In this document: one piece after another, positions 9,131 through 16,414 of the stretch
How positions within the stretch are numbered: position 1 is the stretch's first letter
Layout of the letters: each line of letters starts with the position of its first letter
Made by a program: the position numbers and the translations under genes
Assembly: GCA_001795795.1 (NCBI GenBank)
Contig: MGKV01000008.1
Coordinates: 1 to 58,478 of the forward strand
Direction of reading: 5' to 3'
From: Candidatus Yanofskybacteria bacterium RIFCSPLOWO2_02_FULL_45_18
GTDB lineage: Bacteria > Patescibacteriota > Minisyncoccia > 2-02-FULL-40-12 > GWA2-44-9
DNA: 58,478 bases
The notes under the pieces: model-generated
Databases searched by the model: none
Told to the model about the DNA's origin: nothing
Seen by the model: the letters and a program-made list of their open reading frames with translations, nothing else

Positions 9131-10397
9131 TTTCAGTGAATTTTAGGAGATAATTTTTAACTTTTTCCGACTGATCGTATAGGTTTTTGCGGTACTCATT
9201 ATAAACCGCAATTCTTAAGCCAAGATGGGAGCGCCCGTACTCTTTCATGGCGGCGAAATGGTTGGGATAGATGTCGCTGACCCGCCTGATCTTCCTTTCC
9301 TTGTTGTAAACATAGATATCTTCCGGTTCAAATCTGTTTTTGGAAAATGGCGGGATTATCAATAAAAATTTAGCGGGAATTTTGGTCAAATCGGCTATTT
9401 TGTTTTCCAGTTTTTCCAACTCAAACAAATTGTTTACGCGGGGAGAACTGATCAAGCGGTCAAGCGCCCCCGAATCTACTCCGATTGTTTGGATTGTTTT
9501 GTTTACAAAACCGGTATCCGGATTGGCGGATTGATACTTAAACTCTAATGTTAATTTGGGGAAAATTCCAGCCATGAACCTGCTATAATAAAATTTAACC
9601 AGCTTATTCTTGGACAATTCAAATCTTCCAAAAAGACCGGCATCCGTAAGATTAAACAATCCTTTTTCGCTTAGCCCGTCCCCCATTAGTTTATGGGTCA
9701 TTTTTTCAACCAGCCGCTGCAGGATTGCCGCTTTTTTCCGTAGGTAAACATTTTTTGACATTTTTATGTAAAACTCCTGTATCGCTTTGGCCTGATCAAC
9801 CGCCACCTCATTTATGACCAGTTTCCCGTCTATGAAATAGGTGTGTTTGGCCAAAAACTCAACTCCGGGACGCTCGCCCAAAGTGTAAAAAGCGTCCCGC
9901 TCAAGATAATCCAGTTTTTCCGTGCCTAAATTTTTATCAAAAACAGCAAGGTAAAGAGAATTTTTTCTGGAAAAAAGATCGTGGAGGAGATTATAATCGC
10001 ACCCGACGGCAACAAATTTATCTTTTAGGCCTTCTATTATCTTAAGGCCACGCATGTCGTGGTCAATCTTTCCCAGCCGTTCTGTAACATGGGAAAACGG
10101 ACCGTGGCCGATGTCGTGATAAAGGGCGTATACCTGAAGACAAAAGGCCTCGGTTTCTTTTATAAAACCGTGGTGAAGCCAGTCAGCAGTCAATTTTTTA
10201 GTTCGGCCATAAGCGCCTAAAGAATGTTGTTTCCGCGTGTGGGTTGCTGACGGGAAAATGGTTGAGACCAAGCCCAATTGATACTTAAAACCTAAAGACT
10301 GAAACCTTTCTTCGTCTAATAAGAGCAATACTTTTGTTACATCCATCAGTCCCAAAAGAGGGTCAAAAATAAATTTTGGTTTATCAACCGGAGCCAT
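9123..10397 (-). CDS. HD-domain phosphohydrolase (dGTPase/SAMHD1-like dNTP triphosphohydrolase family)
   Basis: HSLGAY, YHDIGHGPFSH and LDYLERDAFY motifs. Overlaps the gatB start by 8 nt. Confidence 0.75.
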   Translation of the reverse strand: MAPVDKPKFIFDPLLGLMDVTKVLLLLDEERFQSLGFKYQLGLVSTIFPSATHTRKQHSLGAYGRTKKLTADWLHHGFIKETEAFCLQVYALYHDIGHGPFSHVTERLGKIDHDMRGLKIIEGLKDKFVAVGCDYNLLHDLFSRKNSLYLAVFDKNLGTEKLDYLERDAFYTLGERPGVEFLAKHTYFIDGKLVINEVAVDQAKAIQEFYIKMSKNVYLRKKAAILQRLVEKMTHKLMGDGLSEKGLFNLTDAGLFGRFELSKNKLVKFYYSRFMAGIFPKLTLEFKYQSANPDTGFVNKTIQTIGVDSGALDRLISSPRVNNLFELEKLENKIADLTKIPAKFLLIIPPFSKNRFEPEDIYVYNKERKIRRVSDIYPNHFAAMKEYGRSHLGLRIAVYNEYRKNLYDQSEKVKNYLLKFTENV

Positions 10398-10420
10398 TTC
10401 TTCATACTACTATAAATAAG

Positions 10421-10449
10421 AGCAAAATAAAGGCCTCCCGAAGGGAGGC
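10421..10449 (-). terminator. Hairpin plus T-rich tract between thyX-like and HD genes
   Basis: GCCTCCC-GAA-GGGAGGC stem-loop followed, on the minus strand, by CTTTATTTTG. Confidence 0.45.
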
Positions 10450-10474
10450 GAGAAAAACTTTGTATTTGCACCGT

Positions 10475-12133
10475 TTAGGATTCTTTGGCCCGCTGGCGGG
10501 CTTCCGACTCCGCCCGAGACCAGTAATAAGTGTTGTGGTCGCAGTTGATAAACTTAGCAAAGCGAGGTAGCCGCTGCATTAGTTCGTTGTGCATAAGCTG
10601 ACAGACCTTGCGATAACTCGGATGCCCCTGCTTGGTAGTTCTAAGCTCTATCAGATGCTGGGCTTCGCGCAAATTCATGCCCATATACCAGCGGATTTTG
10701 AAAGCAAACAGAACGGCATACTGGGCGACTATTGGACCACAGGCCCCTTTGAGCGTTTCAAATAAATTGGCTGATCTTCCGATGCACTCTTCATACTGCT
10801 GGCGCATTCCGATTGCTTCAAATTCTTCCGACATGACCCAGCCCAGATGCGGATTCAACAACTGCCGTTGCTGGGTTAGCTGGCGATGGCGCTGTAAGTC
10901 GCGGTAAATACCGAAATCAGCCACGAAATCAAATGTCAGAGGGTAGCATCCTTCCATGCTTCGGCCCATGCGATTGCGCCTTCCGGTTGGATCGTTATCG
11001 TTTTTGCGGCCATCTAATCCGCAGTATGTTCGGACAACTTTCTCCAGCTCCTCATTGTTGCAGGTTTCTCTCAACAGAGTATAAATGCTTAGGAGAGAAA
11101 GCGGGCAGTAGGGGTAGAGAATATGCGCTATTTGCGAGAGCTCTAAACCGAGATCATTGCCAACAAGAAGATCAACCACGGGGTTGTTGTCAGGCCTTGT
11201 CGGTAGGAATGTTGTCTCTTTCTTGGCAAGCAGGGAAACTAATGGAAGAACCTGCATATCCCGGTCTATGTTTTTGAAGTATGGGTTTTCTTTTCCGCGC
11301 TTCACATACTTCGGGATAACCTTGGAAAGCTCATGTTTTGCGGCAACACCTCTCTCTCGGGCTTCGGTCAGTTCACCGGACAGCAACTTTGTGATAAGGG
11401 CGGTAAAGTATCGTCCATTGCCGAATAATCCAACATTAGTTAGCGTGGCCGCCGGCAACAACAGGCGGTCTATGTCGCAGGCCTTGCTTCTAATATCGGC
11501 AGTATAGGTAGTTTTGAATTTCCTGATATCTTCTTCATCAGTCAGTTGCGCCAGTCGATATTTGGTTTTGTCGTTTGGTTTGAAGGCGTAAGAAGATTTA
11601 TCCGCGCTTTTCAGCGTTTTTAAGAACTCAATCAGTTTTGGCATCGCTGTCGTATAAGTGTCAAAGATAAAATCCATGTCTTTTTCATATTGCGGAAGAA
11701 GACCGGCCCGAACAATTTCCTCGGGTCGTAAATAAGAATATCTTCCCTCCGCGTCTCGCTGGTCGTAAAATACATAACGGGTGGATTGCTCAATAGGACT
11801 GCCTCCGATACGACAATCTTCAACGATTTTTGTAAGCAGATTAGAGATTCTCTCCAAAGCCAGATGAGCGCCTTCCAGTTCGCCCACGCTGTCATCGCCG
11901 AAGGCGTTTAATATCTTTTCCACCAAATCGGCGGCATGGTCAAGATTTAATTTTCCGTCTTTCAGGAACTCTTTTAATAGTGTTTGGCGCAAACTTCCCT
12001 TAGCCCGCGAATAGCGGGCATAGAGCGCGCCTTTAAGGCCGGTCAGTGTGTCCAGTAGCACGAAAGTATCGCCGGCGGGGTCGCTGACATATTTTTCTAA
12101 AACCGAAATTTCTTCGGGCGTAAATTCTGTCAT
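10475..12133 (-). CDS. thyX: Double-length ThyX-type (flavin-dependent) thymidylate synthase-like protein
   Basis: 552 aa. The C-terminal half has LQRHRQLTQQRQ (RHR motif) and NLREAQHLIELRTT. The N-terminal half is a degenerate second ThyX-like repeat (YARYSRAKGS). Confidence 0.7.
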   Translation of the reverse strand: MTEFTPEEISVLEKYVSDPAGDTFVLLDTLTGLKGALYARYSRAKGSLRQTLLKEFLKDGKLNLDHAADLVEKILNAFGDDSVGELEGAHLALERISNLLTKIVEDCRIGGSPIEQSTRYVFYDQRDAEGRYSYLRPEEIVRAGLLPQYEKDMDFIFDTYTTAMPKLIEFLKTLKSADKSSYAFKPNDKTKYRLAQLTDEEDIRKFKTTYTADIRSKACDIDRLLLPAATLTNVGLFGNGRYFTALITKLLSGELTEARERGVAAKHELSKVIPKYVKRGKENPYFKNIDRDMQVLPLVSLLAKKETTFLPTRPDNNPVVDLLVGNDLGLELSQIAHILYPYCPLSLLSIYTLLRETCNNEELEKVVRTYCGLDGRKNDNDPTGRRNRMGRSMEGCYPLTFDFVADFGIYRDLQRHRQLTQQRQLLNPHLGWVMSEEFEAIGMRQQYEECIGRSANLFETLKGACGPIVAQYAVLFAFKIRWYMGMNLREAQHLIELRTTKQGHPSYRKVCQLMHNELMQRLPRFAKFINCDHNTYYWSRAESEARQRAKES

Positions 12134-12840
12134 GGCGTCACCTCTTTGTTGCCTTTATTTTTTGTTGCGATTTCGCCAAATATCAACTGTTTTGACTCCA
12201 AGAAAACTTGTTCTTCTGTCTTAGTGCCGTCTATAATTTTAATGTTATAGACATCGGAATAAGTATTGCAGAAATACTTATAATTTTTATTGATTCGGGC
12301 AAAAGTTTCAGGATTTTCATACTGATCCGGAGTTCTTTTGGACTTGTGCATCCGTTCATAGGATATTTCCGGAGGTATCAGGTAAATCAAAGTCAGATCC
12401 GGCGCGATGAATTGAGTTTTACGTTTGGCAAAAAGGTCAGCTTGCAGGACAATGTATTCATCAACTTCTTTCAGTTCAAATGCCGAATATAGACCCGATA
12501 ACGACCACCGGCTTTGAAGGATTGTTTTGCCGGCTACAAGCCGCGGCAGTATTTCGTCTTTCCAGAATAAGATGCGATTTTCCCAAAAGATTTGCTGATG
12601 CTGATGGGGGCTTAATTTTTCAAAAGCCGTCTTGGTATTCAGAATTGCGCGAATGTGGGGACCCAGCGGGCCGATGTCCGGATCGCGAGTAAATTCAAAA
12701 TTCAATCCGTAAGCGGCATTGTATTTTCCCCAGCGTTCAAGCTGGGTGTCTTTACCGCCGTAGTCAACGCCTTCAAACACGCAGAAAAATCCCGGGTAAG
12801 AATTTTGGCTGAAGAGTTCTTTAACAGTTTTGGAATCCAC
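12130..12840 (-). CDS. Thymidylate kinase-like dNMP kinase (divergent)
   Basis: P-loop FCVFEGVDYGGKDTQ. GTG start preceded by GAGGTG. ATGA overlap with thyX. Confidence 0.55.
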   Translation of the reverse strand: MDSKTVKELFSQNSYPGFFCVFEGVDYGGKDTQLERWGKYNAAYGLNFEFTRDPDIGPLGPHIRAILNTKTAFEKLSPHQHQQIFWENRILFWKDEILPRLVAGKTILQSRWSLSGLYSAFELKEVDEYIVLQADLFAKRKTQFIAPDLTLIYLIPPEISYERMHKSKRTPDQYENPETFARINKNYKYFCNTYSDVYNIKIIDGTKTEEQVFLESKQLIFGEIATKNKGNKEVTP

Positions 12841-12873
12841 TTGTCACCTCGATGTTAAGGTTCTTGCCCACCA

Positions 12874-12910
12874 ATTTTAATGCAATAGTAATTTTAGACA
12901 ATGGGGATAA
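12874..12910 (-). promoter_or_regulatory. Predicted promoter of the tmk-like/thyX/HD/gatB operon with abutting DnaA-box-like 9-mer
   Basis: Minus strand reads TTATCCCCA (12910-12902), -35 TTGTCT (12901-12896), 16-nt spacer, -10 TAAAAT (12879-12874). Confidence 0.4.
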
Positions 12911-12967
12911 CAAAAAGGCGGTCTTCAGACCCTAAAACATTTTGCCGGACAAAATGTTCGGGCGATG

Positions 12968-13393
12968 TTACTTCGTAACGTCTAGTCCCATGCTTCGAGC
13001 CGTTCCTTTGACTATTTGCACAGCTCCCTCAAGGTCATTGGCGTTCAGGTCGCTCATTTTCTTTTCGGCGATTTCGCGGACTTGCGCTTCGGTGACCTTG
13101 CCGACCTTGTTCTTGTTGGGCGTGCCGGAGCCCTTTTCAACGCCGGCGGCTACGCGCAAAAGATATGCCGCGGGAGGGGTTTTAAGCTTAAATTCAAAAG
13201 TCCGGTCTTCGTAAATAGTTATTTCGCATGGGGTAACTTCGCCTTGTTTGTCTTTGGTTGCATCGTTAAACTGGCTTACGAATTGCTGTAAGTTAATGCC
13301 GTGCGGCCCTAAAGCCGTGCCGACCGGCGGAGCCGGCGTAGCCCGACCGCCCTCAACCTGAAGTTTAACTATTGTTTTGATTTTTTTGGCCAC
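12968..13393 (-). CDS. rplK: 50S ribosomal protein L11
   Basis: 141 aa. [31 protein letters not shown] start. Confidence 0.95.
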   Translation of the reverse strand: MAKKIKTIVKLQVEGGRATPAPPVGTALGPHGINLQQFVSQFNDATKDKQGEVTPCEITIYEDRTFEFKLKTPPAAYLLRVAAGVEKGSGTPNKNKVGKVTEAQVREIAEKKMSDLNANDLEGAVQIVKGTARSMGLDVTK

Positions 13394-13402
13394 TTTTTAT
13401 GC

Positions 13403-13465
13403 TTTAGGATATTAGGATTTAGGCACTTGGGTTAACGCCTAGAGCCTAGTGCCTGACGGCCTAGA
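13403..13465. repeat. 7-nt-period tandem array filling the nusG-rplK spacer (CCTAGNG/TTAGGA family)
   Basis: TTTAGGA TATTAGG ATTTAGG CACTTGG GTTAACG CCTAGAG CCTAGTG CCTGACG GCCTAGA. Confidence 0.75.
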
Positions 13466-14006
13466 GCTTTTTGATCTGTAAGAAATCCAATTCAACTGGT
13501 GTTTCTCGTCCGAATATTGTTACCAACACCTTAACTCTCCCCTTTTCCACATCAACCTCGGATATCTTGCCGTCAAAATCCTTGAATGGCCCGTCGGTAA
13601 TTTTAACCCGATCATTAACTTGCACATCAATCTTATGTTTGGGCTCCTCAACGCCGGTTCTCTTGAGCAGGGATTCTATTTCAGCATCAGACAAAGGCGT
13701 AGGGACGGTGCCAGCTCCGATAAATCCGGTAACACTGGGCGTATTTCTGACAACATACCACGAATCGTCGTCAACGACCATTTCTACCAAGACATAGCCG
13801 GGGTATATCTTCTCTTCAGTGTTCTCCCTCTTGCCGCTGCGAATTTTGATTTTCTTTTCTTTGGGCACTAAAACATTGAAGATCTTATCTTCAAAACCAA
13901 GCGACTCAACCCGCTGTCTTAAATTTTGGGCGACGGCATCTTCGTAGCCGGAATAAGTATGAATGGCGTACCAGCGACGCTCACCGGTTGTAACTTGTTT
14001 AGGCAT
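13461..14006 (-). CDS. nusG: Transcription termination/antitermination factor NusG
   Basis: 181 aa. WYAIHTYSGYE NGN domain and a C-terminal KOW domain. Confidence 0.95.
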   Translation of the reverse strand: MPKQVTTGERRWYAIHTYSGYEDAVAQNLRQRVESLGFEDKIFNVLVPKEKKIKIRSGKRENTEEKIYPGYVLVEMVVDDDSWYVVRNTPSVTGFIGAGTVPTPLSDAEIESLLKRTGVEEPKHKIDVQVNDRVKITDGPFKDFDGKISEVDVEKGRVKVLVTIFGRETPVELDFLQIKKL

Positions 14007-14052
14007 TTAACTTGCCGGACACTCTGCTATCCCGCCAAAGGCGGGATTAAGC

Positions 14053-14172
14053 AGTACGCTCTCGGCCATCTTCTTTGTTAGAAGCTCCGTTTGCTCATCA
14101 GTGTACTTTTAGTACACTGATGAGCAATACTCGCTTTTGCCTCGAATCTGGCCAAGCCAGCTGCGTTTCTAA
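14053..14172. repeat. Dispersed non-coding repeat, copy B, inserted between secE and nusG
   Basis: Aligns with 191..355. Contains a 13-bp perfect inverted repeat, CTCATCAGTGTAC-TTTTA-GTACACTGATGAG. Confidence 0.7.
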
Positions 14173-14183
14173 ATTATTCAAAA

Positions 14184-14369
14184 TTATCTCAACAGAAACT
14201 TTTGCAAAATGTATCCGAAAACCGCATCCAATGCTCCCAAATAAAAAGCAATAAAAAGACTAATGCCGATGACCACCAGCGTGTATTGGACCGTCTGTTT
14301 GCGGTTTGGCCAGCTTACTTTGGCTAATTCTATTTTGACTTCCTTGAGGAAAGTTATTAACTTTTCCAT
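14184..14369 (-). CDS. secE: Preprotein translocase subunit SecE
   Basis: 61 aa, single C-terminal TM helix, VSWPNRKQT motif, located upstream of nusG. Confidence 0.8.
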   Translation of the reverse strand: MEKLITFLKEVKIELAKVSWPNRKQTVQYTLVVIGISLFIAFYLGALDAVFGYILQKFLLR

Positions 14370-14400
14370 TGATGAGTATTGTACCCCCTTTTAGCGTATC

Positions 14401-14422
14401 TAAAAAGTGCCCGAGGGCACTT
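14401..14422 (-). terminator. Rho-independent terminator after the Lon-like gene
   Basis: AGTGCC-CGAG-GGCACT hairpin followed by TTTTT on the minus strand. Confidence 0.6.
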
Positions 14423-14451
14423 ATGTAATGTAGCAAAAAAATTTTTTAATG

Positions 14452-16326
14452 TCAAATCTTGGCCCTGAAACCGATACTGCATGGCGATTTGTCAATGCTG
14501 ACAAGATTGGGGACATCACGAGCCGTTACCACAACTTTATCCAGCATTTTGCCATGATATTCTCTTGCAACCGCTATTGATTTGAACAGTCCCTTGATTT
14601 TGTGTTCCAGCAGTCTTACTCCGGGTTCCTGTTCGGTGTATTCGGCGATTATGCGGCGTATGGCCTCGGAATCGATCTGGTATTCGGCCAATTGAGCCAG
14701 CCCGGTTTCTTTGGCCCATCGCGGGATAAGATACTTCTGCGCGATATTAAACTTATCTTCTGTTGCGTAGCCGGGTATTTCAAGGACAAGCATGCGGCTG
14801 AGGAGTGCCGGCGGGATACCCGTTAGCGAATTGGCGGTACAGATGAACAATACTTCACCGTAATCAAAGCGGATCGGATCGGGAAAATATTTGTCGCGAA
14901 TCTCGTGATTGCGCACCGGGTCAAGTATTAGCATCAGTTCGGCGCTGGGATCACCCCATGGCCCCCTCATTTTATCTATTTCCTCAAGAGCAATTATCGG
15001 ATTGATAACTCCCGACTGGCTTATGGCTCCGTTGATAAAACTGGGGGTTGAACCGACAAACGTAAATTGTTGGCCGGTGAGGTCTTCTATGCGATTGATT
15101 CCGCCCAGATTGATGCCTTGGTAATGGCGTCCGATGGCGTGAGCCAGAACGATTATTGAAACCGATTTTCCGACTCCCGGCTTGCCGACAAGACACAGAA
15201 TATCGCCCGGTGAGCCGAGGAGATTGGCTTTGCGGCGTTGTTTTAGAACTGCAATGATGCCGTACATCTCCCGCTTCACGGTCTCTAAACCATACAATTC
15301 CTCATCAAATTTCTTGCGGACTTCGTCAAAATCAAAACAATCTTCCGTCCTCTTGCCCCACGGATATTCCAGCACCTTATCTATCAAATCGCAGTATTTT
15401 TGCTGGGCGGCATCGTGCTGGGGGCTGATTTTAGGCGAGCTGTAGTTTTTTATCCACTGCTCCAGTTGAGTTCTGTCTGCGGGCCTAAGATTCGGCGCCA
15501 CTTCGGCACACTTATCTAACCTGGCTTTATGCTGCGGATTTTCAGGCGCTTTTGTTTCTCCCACTTTAACCCCTTGTTCTTGCCCGATCTCTTGCGGTTT
15601 TTGGCTGATTTGGCTTCGCAATCCCTTGCTCAGTAGTCCGTTAAAAACCACCAGTTCTTCTTCAAAAGATTTTTTTGCCAATAATTCCTGAATGGATTCC
15701 ATTCCGGGCACCAGTTTTTTAAGGTATCGGCTGGAGATAAGGTAAATTAATTTACGGATTATATCAATTTCTTTCTGGAAACTGTCGGCATTTTTTAATT
15801 CGCGGGCCAATGCCGTAAAATCTTCATTCTGCAATAACGCTGGCACCTTGTCTGTTAAAGCGGCCAGAGAGATCTTGATGCTGTTAATTTCGGCGCGGGT
15901 TTTTTGTGAATTGGCGGCAACGGCCGGACCGGGTATTTGCCGGATGAGGTCTGTGGCGATAGGTATTTGCATACCGGCTTTTTGCCGTTTTAGGTCAATT
16001 TCTTTGATATGGCACTTAACGAGCCCTTCCAGCTCAAAACAGATCCGCGTATCCGATAATTGCTGGAAGGACCTTACTTTGGCTACGGTGCCAATGCTAT
16101 AAAAACCAAACAATATTTCGGACGGCATATCCTCTTTCGATGTGCTATAGCTCATTTGGGACCCGTCGTATTTTAAGGCGTAAACAACTTCATTCCCGAC
16201 CCTAAGATAGTGGGGCCATTCTGTGTTGGCATTTTGACAGGCCAAATACATCCGCACCGTGACACCGGGGAAAAGAATATAATTATCATGCGAAATTACG
16301 GCAATTCCTTCTTGTTTTGCAAGCAT
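14452..16326 (-). CDS. Lon-like AAA+ ATPase (LON N-domain plus AAA+ module) with no S16 protease domain
   Basis: Start set at ATG 16326 (GGAG 6 nt upstream; the longer ORF would run into the gyrB terminator). Walker A GKPGVGKS, Walker B ALEEIDKM, EPGVRLLE. The ORF ends where the Lon protease domain normally begins. Confidence 0.75.
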   Translation of the reverse strand: MLAKQEGIAVISHDNYILFPGVTVRMYLACQNANTEWPHYLRVGNEVVYALKYDGSQMSYSTSKEDMPSEILFGFYSIGTVAKVRSFQQLSDTRICFELEGLVKCHIKEIDLKRQKAGMQIPIATDLIRQIPGPAVAANSQKTRAEINSIKISLAALTDKVPALLQNEDFTALARELKNADSFQKEIDIIRKLIYLISSRYLKKLVPGMESIQELLAKKSFEEELVVFNGLLSKGLRSQISQKPQEIGQEQGVKVGETKAPENPQHKARLDKCAEVAPNLRPADRTQLEQWIKNYSSPKISPQHDAAQQKYCDLIDKVLEYPWGKRTEDCFDFDEVRKKFDEELYGLETVKREMYGIIAVLKQRRKANLLGSPGDILCLVGKPGVGKSVSIIVLAHAIGRHYQGINLGGINRIEDLTGQQFTFVGSTPSFINGAISQSGVINPIIALEEIDKMRGPWGDPSAELMLILDPVRNHEIRDKYFPDPIRFDYGEVLFICTANSLTGIPPALLSRMLVLEIPGYATEDKFNIAQKYLIPRWAKETGLAQLAEYQIDSEAIRRIIAEYTEQEPGVRLLEHKIKGLFKSIAVAREYHGKMLDKVVVTARDVPNLVSIDKSPCSIGFRAKI

Positions 16327-16385
16327 TTGAGACTCCTTATTTTCAAAGGGCTTCGCTTTATTATTAACACGCTGACAGTCAAAAA

Positions 16386-16414
16386 GCAAAACCCCGCCTT
16401 TGAAGCGGGGTTTT
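16386..16414 (-). terminator. Rho-independent terminator after gyrB
   Basis: AAAACCCCGC-TTCAAA-GCGGGGTTTT hairpin followed by a T-rich run on the minus strand. Confidence 0.65.
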
